Part shown: one piece after another, positions 1 through 12,835 of the stretch | How positions within the stretch are numbered: the stretch's first letter is position 1 | Layout: every line of letters begins with the position of its first letter | Translations under genes and position numbers: made by a program | Notes under the pieces: model-generated | Seen by the model: only the letters and a program-made list of their open reading frames with translations | Database searches by the model: none | Told to the model about the DNA's origin: nothing | NCBI RefSeq assembly: GCF_006345805.1 | Contig: NW_021824703.1 | Span: 1-36,597 of the forward strand | Direction of reading: 5' to 3' | Source: Octopus sinensis | Taxonomy: Eukaryota | Length of the DNA stretch: 36,597 nt

Positions 1-171
1 TTCATCGATGTTTACATTTCTTTAAAATAAACATTTCCTCACAAGAAAACCGATACATCATGCGTGTTGTCCGCACTCGTTGTACTCTTCCATATGTTAA
101 CATAGTCCTTCCTAACCTCCTTATCTGAGTGACCTGGTCTTACGAGTTGCTCCAATATCTACGCTCTAGTG

Positions 172-331
172 TAGGCATGGGCTGACTATTTCGAAAAGCG
201 TCGCATTAAATGTAACTTACCATCAAGCAGGCCGCACCTCGAAAATACATTCAAGCTAAGTTTTTTTATTTTTTTTATTTTATACTCGTGCTAGTTAGAA
301 AGTTCCTCGAGCTGCAGATTGCTCATTGCTG
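172..331. mobile_element. hAT (Charlie-like) MITE with 8-bp target-site duplication
   Basis: Identical CTCTAGTG at 164-171 and 332-339. Left end TAGGCATGGGCTGACT and right end (revcomp) CAGCAATGAGCAATCT match at 9/16 and both resemble CAGGGRTGGGCAA hAT termini. An 8-bp TSD with a TCTAG core is typical of Charlie-type hATs. Confidence 0.8.
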
Positions 332-451
332 CTCTAGTGCCTCAGTTCAGAGATTACAAGAGTTGTTTGGAAGCTGAGGTTGACAGGTCGAGGTGTCGAC
401 CTCAAGCAATGTCCAATTATTCCGTATATCCAGGCTGAGTTGTATCTTTTC

Positions 452-560
452 CATTGTTATTAACTTGTTTCAGTCATCGGAATGCAGCATGCCACAACAC
501 TGCCTTGAAGGGTTTGGACGAACAAATCCACCCCTGTACTTATTCTTTTTCAAGCTTCTA
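452..560 (-). mobile_element. Degenerate 3' fragment of SINE family B
   Basis: ttaacttgtttcagtcat...gccttgaagggttt...tacttattc resembles the better copies at 12492, 14487 and 33546. Confidence 0.65.
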
Positions 561-859
561 AACGGTCTTCTGAACCACATAACAATGTCTGCTTTGCGTA
601 ATTATTTTTGCTGTTGTTTGGAATGTTCAGGACAGGTGCAGTGGCTGCAGTTCCTCTCCCCAAACTGCAGTGAGTGGAACAATTTTAGGCCATTATTTCA
701 ATCCTGCCTTCGACTGGGGGGTGAGGAATGTGATCTTCAGATGTAAACCTGCTGAGGTACACAGCTGTTCTAGTAAGAGAATCTTTTATTTGAACCCCGG
801 CCATTAGAGTAATCTGACTAAAAAGCTCAAACGCACTCGACCTGCTCCCGTTGCAGGAC

Positions 860-891
860 TCTCTCTCTCTCTCTCCCTTCTTCCTCTATTT

Positions 892-925
<34 letters not shown>

Positions 926-1015
926 TGTCTTTTAAAGTTACCAAATATGGAAGAAATTCTTTTTACTCTTGCATTTGCCTCACCAACGTCTGCAGCAGCA
1001 GCACTATCTCTACTA

Positions 1016-1058
<43 letters not shown>

Positions 1059-1262
1059 CATCACCCCCTCCCCACCATCACCACCTCCTCCACCATCACC
1101 ACCTCCTCAACCATCATCACCTCTTCCACCATCACCACTTCTACTACTATTACTTCTACCACCAACACTGCCACCGTCATCATTACTGTTACTATAATCA
1201 CCAATATGAGCACCATCTCTGCTGCTACCACGACTGCTGCTGCTGCTACTGCTGCTGCTGTG

Positions 1263-1310
<48 letters not shown>

Positions 1311-1311
1311 T
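860..1311. repeat. (CT)n followed by compound triplet microsatellite (CTA)n/(CAC,CAT)n/(CTG)n/(CTA)n
   Basis: Direct reading of the repeat units. Confidence 0.95.
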
Positions 1312-2374
1312 TAGAAAATAACGACAAAGGGAAGCTGAGACAGTGCATCAATGTCATTTCTCACTGACAGTGTGTATAATTTGCAATAAACAGGAGCACG
1401 AGTATTTCGAAACAAATAAAAATTAGAGAAAGAACGAAAGGAAAGAAAAAAAAAAATAAATAAATAGATAAATAAATAAAACGGAAAGAGAGAGAGAGAG
1501 AAGAGAGGGAGAGAGAGAGAAGGAGGGAGGGAGAGAAATAGAGTGTTTCTCTGCTGGCCATACACTGCAATTAATTCAACAATGCTATGACAGACATCTG
1601 TCTGTCTGTCTGTCACTGTTGTGTCGCGATAATGAGAGAGCGATAAAGAGGGAAAAATTGAGGGAAAGAAAGATAGAAATTTAGTGTGAAAGACGATGAA
1701 GGAGTTGGGAGAGAAGGATTTCGTTTCTATGTTTCTTTTATTTTATTTCATTATGTTTTAGTTTTGTTTTTAGTGAATATCTTTCATACAATTTCGACAA
1801 TGTTGCAGCCATGACCCGTTATATTTTATTCATTTATTTTTCGTGTTTATTAATTTTTTTTCCAGCTTCTCTTGTCCCTGATCTACTGATCTCTGATCTC
1901 CCCTCCCAACGTCTACACCAACTCTGACCCCGGTCACTGTCACCTTAAATACAATAACCATGGTCAAGGCCACAGTAACGGCTGCTACTTCACTGGCGGC
2001 TATCGTTACACGTAACCGTACAATATTATTATGCCCGCGATCAAGGCGGCAAGCTGGCAGAATCGTCTGTGCGTTGAAAAATTAAGGCCAGTAAGACAGC
2101 CTTCCTTGGTCTCTCGAACTGTTAAAAATAGCAACCAAATCTTCCTCATACCACACAACTTACCGTCATATAAAAACGAATCATTGTGTCCCTGTGACGT
2201 TTCAGCTGGAAAACTATTTGGTTATGGCTAAAACGGCTTGTTACTATTCCTCCTTTACGAGGTCGATAAAATAAATTCCAGATAAGCATTTGGGCTTGAT
2301 ATTATCGGCTAACACTCAACCTTAAGATCCCAGTTCTTATGCATATTTTAGAAGGCATATTATAACCGCGATTC

Positions 2375-2553
2375 AGGCGGTGAACTGGCAAAATTGGTAT
2401 CACGTCAAGCGAAAATGCCTCGCAGCGTTTCTCTTAGCTCTTCACGTTCTGATTTCAAATCCCGCCGGGGTGAACTTTACCTTTCTTCCTTTTGAGGATT
2501 GATAAACTATTAATCTAGCATTAGAACAGATGTGATCGATCAATCCCAACTCC
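2375..2553 (+). mobile_element. tRNA-derived SINE family A, degenerate
   Basis: aggcggtgaactggcaaaa...ttcacgttctgatttcaaatcccgccggggtgaactttacctttc...gatcgatcaatc is colinear with the copies at 15426-15638 and 20503-20725. An older, more decayed copy appears to lie at about 2043-2365. Confidence 0.8.
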
Positions 2554-2713
2554 CTAATACATACATACAGATATACATACATACATACATACATACATAT
2601 TAACAAACATATTAACAAACACCGGCAACTCTCTCAACTCTAAAAATCTTGTTTTGTTAGCGACCATCCTGAACTCTGTCAATAAATTAAACTCAAAGAA
2701 AAATCATGCACAA

Positions 2714-2865
2714 CGAGCTTCTACGCAGCTTTCGTCTACCAAATTCACTCACAAAGCACTCGTCAGCTTGGGGAACTACAGTGGTAGATCATAACCCAAG
2801 GTGCCCCGCATTGGGACTGGACCTAAAGCTGTTAGTTTCTTGACCACACAGCCATGTCCGCGCCT
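2714..2865 (-). mobile_element. SINE family B, 5' (tRNA-like) half
   Basis: cttctacgcagctttcgtctaccaaattcactcacaaagc...ccaaggtgccccgcattgggactgga...accacacagccatgtccgcgcct matches the head of the copy ending at 27950. Confidence 0.8.
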
Positions 2866-2959
2866 ATGATACGGATAAGGATGGAGAATTTTTAACCTAA
2901 AAGCAGTATTACTCTCTGGAATCTTGAAATTTTTCCAAAAGTTAATAATTCCATGCTAT

Positions 2960-3440
2960 TAAGTATCCTTCAGTGATACAAGTTTTCAACTATGCAACCG
3001 TGACTTAAATCCGTTTTAGACATGAATGTTGGGTAACGACCGCAAGAGTAAGTCCGCAAATACAAGTGACCAAAATGAGGTTCCTCTGAAGAATCTCAGG
3101 AGTAACGGTTCGTAGCTCAGTGTTCAAGGTGTCTCTCCTGGTCGAACAGGTAAATCTCTGCATTGTGACGTCACAACTCTAGTATTGTGGACATGTGTGA
3201 TTAGAATGTCGCAGGAACGAATCGTAAGAGAAAATCTTCATGCCGAGCCAAATGGAAAGTGAACCAGGGGTAGGGCAAGAACGAGGGGATTTGAATAGGA
3301 TCTATAGCCTCAATTGGTCAAGGTTAGGAACCCAGCAGAACATTTTAATGACGCCTGTGTGTGAGAGGACCTAATGGAGGAGGTGCCTGGGGACTACACC
3401 GTCACCACCCACCAAGAAATAATGGGCGGAGAAGATGGAT
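2960..3440 (+). mobile_element. Decayed RTE-clade LINE (Rex3/Expander-like), 3' end of ORF
   Basis: Manual translation across stops and frameshifts: HECWVTTARVSPQIQVTKMRFL*RISGVTVRSSV...SQL*YCGHV/IRMSQERIVRENLHAEPNGK*TRGRARTR/RIYSLNWSRLG...*WRRCLG...AEKMDG. This follows the RTE C-terminal pattern (HELWV..., EM.FLRR, QLRW.GH, RPRGRPRTRW) and runs into a (GGAT)n tail. Confidence 0.88.
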
Positions 3441-3600
3441 GGTTGGATGGATGGCCTGATGGCTGGCTGGCTGGTAAGATGGATGGATGGATGGATGGAT
3501 GGATGAATCGATGAATGGACTGATTGAAGAATGGGTGGATTGGTAGGTGGCTGGGCAGTTAGATGGCGTGTGGATGAGCGGGTGGATGGCTGGATGTGTA
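3437..3600 (+). repeat. (GGAT)n/(GGCT)n degenerate tetranucleotide tract, tail of the RTE element
   Basis: Direct reading; contiguous with the RTE 3' end. Confidence 0.85.
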
Positions 3601-3602
3601 TC

Positions 3603-3790
3603 TATTATATGTTTCAGTCATAAGGCTCAATACTGGAGACATTTTAGTCGAATGAATCAACCCTAGTTTTTAAATTCTCTTTAAGCCTGGTACTTTCTCC
3701 ATCGATTTTTCTAAATCACAGGGACAGAAACACATGAACACCTGTTGCCAAGCGTGTCAAAGACACACGCACGCACGCACGCACGCACAG

Positions 3791-3842
<52 letters not shown>

Positions 3843-3998
3843 GAGTTGCTTCTTTCAGTTTCCTTCAGCCAAATTTAATCACGAGACCTTGGTCGGCCCG
3901 TGTCCACAGTAGAAGACACTTGCTCACCGTATCACTGTGTGACACCGAACCCAGAACTATGTGGTTTGGAATCAAACTTCTTATCACAGAACCAAGTT
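3603..3998 (-). mobile_element. Near full-length SINE family B with internal (CA)n
   Basis: 3' domain (tgtttcagtcat...) at 3603-3760, (CA)n at about 3765-3840, head (cttctttcagtttcc...ggtcggccc...agaagacacttgc...gaacccagaactatgtgg) at 3841-3998. Confidence 0.8.
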
Positions 3999-4444
3999 GG
4001 CGCCTGGATAAGCGGACCGATGGATGGATGGATATTTATAAGTTTATCTCGTCTTTGGTTCGCTCAGTAATTCGTGCTTACGCTTCTACTATCATAATAA
4101 AACCACCGACAAAGAGAAAATTTAAAATACTGCTTTTAAACCCCATTAATTAAAGTTCAAATAACAATAAAAATGGGACATAACAATGGTATTTCATTTA
4201 TTTATGAACTAATGATGAACAGATAGCAGAACTAAACATAGTCTTCTAAATTAGACTACTCCATTAGTAACTCGCTAATTAACAAGTCTCCAATACAGAT
4301 CGTTAAGTCTGATGTGGTAGAAAAAAAAAATGAGAATGCCATTTTCTTTTCTTTTTTTTCCCACAAAACACGCCTACTTCAATTTTTTGAGCTTCAGATG
4401 TAAAAGAAAAATTACGAGGAAAACAGGAAAAAAGAAAAGGAAAA

Positions 4445-4848
4445 GAAATGCCTGTATGGTTAAGAAGCTTGGTTTGCAAACGCGTGGTCTCGAGTTCAAT
4501 ATTATTGTGCGCCACCTGGCCCAAGTACCTTCTATATCCTCGCGCTGACCAATATCTTGTAAGTGAATTCGGTTGCCAGAAACTGTGTTGAAGCCCATCG
4601 TTTACTCACACTCACTCACGCACACAAACACACGCACACACGCGTTTGTCTCCCCTCCCCATCGCTTGGCAACTGATGTTGGTTTGTTTACGTTTCCGCG
4701 ACGTAGCGGTTCAGTAACAGAGAACCGATAGATGAAGTAACAGACCTTAAAGTAAATTCGTTCTGGTGTCGATTTGTTTGGCTAAGCCCTTCAAGGCAGT
4801 GCGTCCAGTATGGCCGCAGTCCAATAACTAAAATAAGTAAAAGATAAA
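4445..4848 (+). mobile_element. Near full-length SINE family B
   Basis: A-box-like gcctgtatggttaag and B-box-like gagttcaat, body, short CA tract, then catcgcttggcaactgatgttgg...gtcgatttgtttggctaag...tatggccgcagtccaataactaaaataagtaaaaga. Confidence 0.8.
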
Positions 4849-5229
4849 TTGTAAAACAGAAAATTTGACTCTTCATGAATAATTCTATTCCATCTTGGGG
4901 GACCTTGATCTAGAACAATGGCTAATTAAGATGTACCTATTCGCTCAACTAACTACCAGCCAAACATAAGTCTGTTCTATCAGATTTAACTAGCAACAGC
5001 GAGATCAAGGTCACCAATAAAAAATACAAGTGGATAGCCTAGAAGTAACAAATAAATATTCAAATATTTCCCTAATCTCACCCTATTGATTTGTCAGAGA
5101 AGCAGACACACATCCCTCTACTATCAGATAAGTGCCTGTTCTGGTATGTGGGAAATGGTGCCTTACAATTGGCTGAAATTACATAACCTTAAAGCTTTTG
5201 CGCCGTTTTTTTATTCTTAATTTCTAAAG

Positions 5230-5457
5230 AGGACGGTGAGCTGACAGCATCATTAGCACTTCTGAGAAAATGCTTAGCGGCATTTCGTCTGACTTTTCGA
5301 TCTGAGCTCAAATGCCACCGAGGTGGATTGTTTGCACAAGTTTCATACTTTTCGGGGTCGATAAAATAAGTACCAGCCAATCACTGTAGTTGATACAGTC
5401 AATTCCTTGCTTCAGTTAAAAACTTCAGATCCTGTGATAAAACTGAAAAACCATTAT
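5230..5457 (+). mobile_element. SINE family A, degenerate
   Basis: aggacggtgagctgacagc...aaatgcttagcggcatttcgtctg...gagctcaaatgccaccgaggt...ttcggggtcgataaaataagtaccag. Confidence 0.8.
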
Positions 5458-5482
5458 CAAAATGATATTGCCGTAACATCTA

Positions 5483-5741
5483 GACGATGACGACAACGAC
5501 GTGGATGAGGTGGAGGAGGAGGACTAAGATTACTATTACTATCACCATTATAATGACCACCACCGCTAACACCACCACCACCACCACCACCACCATCCCC
5601 ACCTCTGCTGTCACCGCAATGTCACGATTTCTGTTACTGTCAACTTCGCATCGTTATTCAGTCTCATATTTGTTTGTGAGGGGTCGACAACTGAATCGAA
5701 TGACATCCAACATCTCTCCCACCGTCATCATACTACTACTA

Positions 5742-5773
<32 letters not shown>

Positions 5774-5963
5774 ACTACTGCTACAGATTCTGCTACTACT
5801 ACTACTACTACCAACATCATAATTACCACAATCTGTCTTATCATCACCATCACTATCAGCACCATCACCACCGCCACCACCACCACCATCGTTATCACCT
5901 TTACTGTATTCAATCAACACGAATACCACCTTCATCACTACCATCATCATCATCGTCGTCGTT

Positions 5964-5996
<33 letters not shown>

Positions 5997-6145
5997 TACG
6001 ACACATAGAAAGTTTCCCCACTCACCCGCATCACGTTTACTTTCGTAATCTCTGCTGTCCACCAAAGCCACCACCACCGACACTGTCACCACCATCACAT
6101 CGACTAACTATCATCTCCACCACCGCAACCACCACCATTACTATA
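5483..6145. repeat. Compound triplet low-complexity tract (CAC/CTA/CTG/CAT)
   Basis: Direct reading. Confidence 0.9.
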
Positions 6146-6254
6146 CATCACACTGAGATATATAGCTAACGGCTATATAATAATATATGAAGCTACTGAT
6201 GTCCATTCAACCATACATAACAACTTGACTCCATGTTCACCTCTGCATTTTCTC

Positions 6255-7020
6255 ATTGTTTCTCTCTCTCTCTCTTTCTATCTCTCCCTCTTTCTCTCTT
6301 TCTTTCTTTCTTTCTCTGTCATTCCCCCACTTTCATTTTTCATTCTGTCACACTTTCGTTGTATGATTTTTATTTCACTTTCATTCATTCTTCTTTCTCT
6401 TAAACTTTCTGCCTTCCTTTCTGTCTTCCCGTCTTCCTTCATTCGCTTTTTTTCTTTCTTTCATCCATATTCATATTCTTCTTTCTTTGCTTCTTTGTTT
6501 CGTCCTTCCTGTCTTCCTTTGCTTCTTTAACTTTGTCTTTTTCTCTTTTTCTTTTGCATTTGTCTTTCGTTCCTTCGTCTTTCCTTCATTCATTTGTATC
6601 TTTCATTATCTCTAGCTTTCTTCCTTTCTTCCTAACTCTCTTTCTTACTTTCTTTCTTTCCTCCTATCTGTCTTACTTCCTTTATTCTTTACTTCCTGTC
6701 TCCCCTCATCTTTTCTTTCATTCCATCCTTCCTCCACCCGTTCTTTATTTCTATCTTTCATTCTTTCTTTCTCTCTTTCTTCCTTTCTGTCTTTCCTTTT
6801 CACTTACTTTCTTCCTTCCGGCCTCTCTTCCTTCCTTCATCTCTACCTTCCTTTCTTCCGTCCTCTCTTTCTTCCTTCCATTTTTTCTTTCCTTCAGCCT
6901 TCGTTTCCCGTCGTCTTTCCTTCCTCTCTATCCTTCCCTTGCTCATTCCTTCTCACATTCTTTCCAAATGTTTATTCCATTATTTTCCTTATATTCAAGT
7001 GTTCTTCTCTCCCTTCCACT
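6255..7020. repeat. About 770-bp polypyrimidine tract (CTTT/CCTT)
   Basis: The + strand is predominantly C/T. Confidence 0.9.
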
Positions 7021-7095
7021 CAATTTGTTTCGCTATTACATGCTACCACGTACAACAACATAGGAATATATGACAGTCTGTGTTAAAGGTGACGT

Positions 7096-8350
<1,255 letters not shown>

Positions 8351-8704
8351 ACATTCGCTAGTGGACATACACACGACAAGACACAGATTGTTTATCTCTG
8401 CGGATGTTGTATTACTCATTCGTGTGTTCTTGTTCATGTTTGGACTTGCAATTCTTCTTTCAGTTATTGCTGTGGTTGTTGTTATACACCCTTTTCCTCT
8501 TCATACTTTCTACTTTTCTTCCTTTCTTTCTTTCTTTTTCCTTCCTTCCTTCCTTCACCTCTTTCCTTCTTCTTTCTTTTCTGTTCCTCTTTCTCCATTC
8601 CTTTTCTTTCATATTACTTTTCCTCTTTGCTTTCTTTTCCTTCTTTCTGTCGGCCATCTTAGTTCCTTATCTATAGTCAACCTGCGTTTAAATTCGAAAT
8701 ATAA

Positions 8705-8937
8705 CAGCAATGATGATGACGATGATGAGGAGGATGACGACGACGATGATGATAAATAAAATGATGACAGTTGTTGTAATGATTATGATGATGATGATGA
8801 TGAGGAGGAGGAGGAGGAGGAAGATGAAGAAATGTAAAGAAAAAGAATAACAATAAATAATAAAAACAATAACAATAACAACAACAATAATAATAATAAT
8901 GATAATAATAAATAATAAAACAATAACAATAAATAAT

Positions 8938-8970
<33 letters not shown>

Positions 8971-9043
8971 TATAATAATAATAATAATAATATTAACAAT
9001 AATAATAATAATAATAATAATAATAAACAATAACAATAATAAC

Positions 9044-9103
<60 letters not shown>
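8705..9103. repeat. (GAT)n/(GAG)n/(AAT,AAC)n triplet tract
   Basis: Direct reading. Confidence 0.95.
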
Positions 9104-9439
9104 TTTGTCACCTAATCTTGATCAGTCATGTCAAACACCATCACGATTGGTTGCCAATGGCATGAAAGACGCGTTTTGTGTGTGAAGAATTAATGAAACA
9201 CAAGAAAATTGAAAACGAAAGCGAAAAACAAACACTACCAATGAATTATGTAGTTCTCGTTGTTTAGCCCCAAAACCTTAATTTTTGATACGCTCTCACA
9301 CTTTCCAATTTTTCACTTTATCTACCTACGCACCAATATACACATTATTTCATATCACTCATTCTTTCTTTCCATCTCTTACCCTTTTACATCTCTTTTT
9401 TCTATATCTATCTGCGCGCACGTGTGTGTGTGTGTGTGC

Positions 9440-9486
<47 letters not shown>

Positions 9487-9523
9487 CACACAAACATACA
9501 TATATATAATATATATACATATA

Positions 9524-9562
9524 TTTTTTCTGACGAAGTGTTTGTATCCGAAACGTTAAGCT
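9524..9562 (+). ncRNA. Type I hammerhead-ribozyme-like motif (Penelope-like LTR remnant), stem II degenerate
   Basis: CTGACGA at 9530-9536, 13-nt imperfect stem II, GAAA at 9550-9553, then CGTT (ACGT palindromic minimal stem III; GUU cleavage triplet). Confidence 0.5.
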
Positions 9563-9690
9563 TTTATTCTTCCTTATGTTGTAGAATTTCTTATATAGTT
9601 TGAAGTTTTTCGATAATCCTAGATATCAAACTGTTTTTGGTTACGCAGAAATATTGGTTTCAAATTTTGACACAGGGCTAATAATTTTGA

Positions 9691-9870
9691 GGGAGTGATA
9701 AATCGATTACATCGATCCTCAGTGTTCAACTGGTATTTATTATATATTAACCCCGAAAGATACAGATCGACCTCGGCGGAATTTCGAACTCAAAATCTAA
9801 CGACGGTCCAAATACCGCTAAGTATTTTCCCGATATGCAAACGGTTCTCCCAGATTACAGCTCTATGTTT
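9691..9870 (-). mobile_element. SINE family A
   Basis: aatcgattacatcgatcctcagtgttcaactggta...gacctcggcggaatttcgaactc...aaataccgctaagtattt. Confidence 0.8.
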
Positions 9871-9974
9871 ACGTTGACATTTTTAGACTATATAAATATT
9901 CCGTCGATTTCATCCATTAAGACTTTTCAATGATGCTACGGTTTGGTCGTAGTCCAGTGACTAAAACAACTAAA

Positions 9975-10249
9975 AGAAAAAGAGAAAATCTTGTTAATAA
10001 TTTCAGTATTAATCTAAGCAAGAAGAGACGTCGAAAGAGAGAAAGAGAGAAAGGAAGAATGAAAGAAAGAAAGAAAGGAAGAAAGAAAGGAAAGAAAGAA
10101 AACAGATAGACAGATAAATAGATAGATTGATAGACAAACAGACAGACAAATAGATAGATAGATACATACATACATGCATAGACAAACAGACAGGCAAATA
10201 GATAGATATATAAAAAGATAGATTGATAGATAGATAGATAGATAGATAT

Positions 10250-10281
<32 letters not shown>

Positions 10282-10420
10282 ATAAATAAATAAATATAGA
10301 CAGACAGACATCAGACAGATAGATAGATACGTAGGAAGATAGAAACGTAGACAGAGAGAGAAAGAGAGATAGAGTGAGAGAGATGGATAGGAAGCTAGGT
10401 AGGAGGATGGATAGATAGAC

Positions 10421-10501
<81 letters not shown>

Positions 10502-10825
10502 TGTAGATAGATAGACAGACAGACAGATAGATAGAAAAGGATAAAAGGAAGGAAAGAAAAGGAAAAAAGAAAAAGAAGAAAAATGAAAAGGAATAAAGAA
10601 AGGAGGAAGGAAAGAAAGAAAGAGCGAAAGAAATAAAAATAGGAAAGAAGGAAGGAAGAAAAGGAAAGGTAAAAGAAAACGACAAAAAGAAAGAAAGAAA
10701 GGAAAGGAAGAAAGAAAAAGAGAAACCGAAAAGAAGGACAAAATCTAAAGAAGCAAGAATGACTGCATGAAGGAAAGGAAGGAATTAAAAAGTGAAAAAA
10801 ACAACAAAAAAACAAAAAAACAGAC
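9975..10825. repeat. About 850-bp polypurine-biased tract (GAAA/GATA/GACA/GGAA)
   Basis: Direct reading; long (GATA)n at about 10420-10500. Confidence 0.95.
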
Positions 10826-11281
10826 AGTGAAAGACCACGAGAACCACTTTTCAGAATCTCTTTGTATTTATGGTTGCAATATTTAATGTTTTACATAATC
10901 GGCCATCTTCGTTTTGCAGAAACCTGTAAAGTCATTATTATTTTTAATCGGGGTGACTTGTTTGACAGCTTACCACAGTTTGTTCTCGGTTTTTGTACTT
11001 GGAAACGATGGCAAGCAATTGTGTAATTACTAAATTACAATTTTTCCAAATTATATCAAGCTTGAACAGCAATAGGAAACTAAGTTGGTTAATTGCAATC
11101 ATTTTTAATGGAGCACACTAATTATAGATGTTATTGATTTGCGTGAAGTGGTGGTGGTGGTGGTGTTGGTGGCGTGGTTGGGGGAGGAGACTTATAACAC
11201 GACAGAGATTAATTGAGATGCATTACAAATAAACCAGTTCATTTCATACACCAGTAACTCTCTCTCCATGGACGTGTTCAT

Positions 11282-11290
11282 ATGCATTTC

Positions 11291-11322
<32 letters not shown>

Positions 11323-11518
11323 TGTATGTATGTATGTATATATATATATATGTGTGTGTGTGTGTACATGTACCTATGTGTGTGTGTTTATGTGTGTAGG
11401 TATATATATATATGTGTGTGTGTGTGTGTGCGTGTTTACGTACATATGTATATATATATATACATATATATATATGTATATTATATATATGTATATATAT
11501 ATATATATTATATATATG

Positions 11519-11587
<69 letters not shown>

Positions 11588-12034
11588 TATATGTGTGTTG
11601 ATATATATACATGCATACATAAATACATAAATATATGCATATATATATATGTATATATATATGTGTAGATGTATATATTTATATATTTATATGTATATAT
11701 ATAATGTAGTTACGTCTGTGTGCATATATTTGTGTGTGTGTGTACGTGTGCGTATGAGTACGCGTACATGAATGTGTGTGTGTGTGCAGGCGCATATTTG
11801 GGTGTGTTTCTGCATGCGCAGTTTTGTCTGCGAAACAGTTTACTTACAATCTAAGCAAAGCTAATTTCTCTTTATTTAAGTACGTATATCTGTATCGTTG
11901 TTGCAAGTGAATTAAGTTACCATTACCAATGCAACACACAGGTACACATACATATACATACATGCATACATGAATACACACACATATGTGTGTGTATATA
12001 TGTGTACACACACACACACATATATGTATGCATG

Positions 12035-12072
<38 letters not shown>

Positions 12073-12082
12073 ATATAAATAT
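11282..12082. repeat. (TATG)n/(TA)n/(TG)n microsatellite field, interrupted at about 11800-11930
   Basis: Direct reading. Confidence 0.9.
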
Positions 12083-12491
12083 AACAATTTAGGAGTGACC
12101 CTAACAGGTCATTCGTCCACCAGAAAGAGCAGCCATAACTCACACCGCCAAGTAGTAGTAATTCAGAAATTAGGTGAAAATTTAAAAACATTTACCCTAA
12201 TTCATCTTTTAGACGTTGCAACGTTTCTGTGTCATTAATGATTAAATTAGCTTAATTAAAATAAAATTAAGCCAATCTACCATAGGTTACACTTCATCAG
12301 TAAAAGACCTGGGAGAGACAAATATACACGAGGCGTCTGTATCGATGCCTACGGGATATCTGACTTAAAATTTTCAAGACTGACGCATTCGCGCCAAACT
12401 TATCAGCAGGCCGCTGGTAGCAATAAATTTCTATTGAATTTTTTGCTACCCTAAATTGACTATATATATATATATTCTTTCCTTCTTTTGC

Positions 12492-12835
12492 TTTTTCACT
12501 TGTTTCAGTCATTTGACTGCGGCCATGCTTGGGCACCGCCTTTAGTCGAACGAATCGATCCCAGGACTTATTCTTTGTAAGCCTACTACTTATTCTATCG
12601 CTTACTTTGCCGAACCGCTAGCAGGCGGTTGTCTAACGATGGTGGGGGGACAATCACAGACACAAAAACATACACACACACGCACACACATACGCACTCA
12701 CATGCACACACAGACACACATATATACGACGGGCTTCTTTCAGTTTCTGTCTATCAAATACACTCACAAGGTTTTGATCAGCCCGAGTCTACAATTGATA
12801 AGCCACCTACTTACCACACACCCACACCTGCGCCT
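12492..12835 (-). mobile_element. SINE family B with internal deletions and internal (CA)n
   Basis: cacttgtttcagtcatttgactgcggccatgc...accgcctttagtcga...cccaggacttattctttgtaagcc...gacgggcttctttcagtttc...cttaccacaca...cctgcgcct. Confidence 0.92.

Noticed and set aside
393-810. Two overlapping open + frames, one with hydrophobic CLLCVIIFAVVW
   Set aside because: The region starts in a SINE fragment, has no convincing start or acceptor, and I recognise no homology. It is kept only as possible decayed TE DNA.
851-1367. His/Tyr/Thr/Leu-run ORFs resembling cephalopod structural proteins; also 5487-6098, 8677-9111 and 29865-30095
   Set aside because: Homopolymeric runs come from triplet microsatellites and are open in multiple frames, with no Gly-rich modules or convincing signal peptide.
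1866-2015. Strong acceptor ttaattttttttccag at 1865 followed by GC-richer sequence
   Set aside because: All three frames stop within about 62 nt, and the downstream sequence looks like decayed CAC/ACC triplet DNA.
9917-10815. 268-274 aa hydrophobic ORFs that look like membrane proteins; also 6225-7063
   Set aside because: They are the reverse complement of GAAA/GATA tracts and are purely compositional.
10920-11035. Acceptor ttcgttttgcag followed by frames ETCKVIIIFNRGDLFDSL... (vaguely GTPase G4-like) or KPVKSLLFLIG...
   Set aside because: The similarity covers only a few residues, there is no good donor, and both frames stop after about 35 codons.
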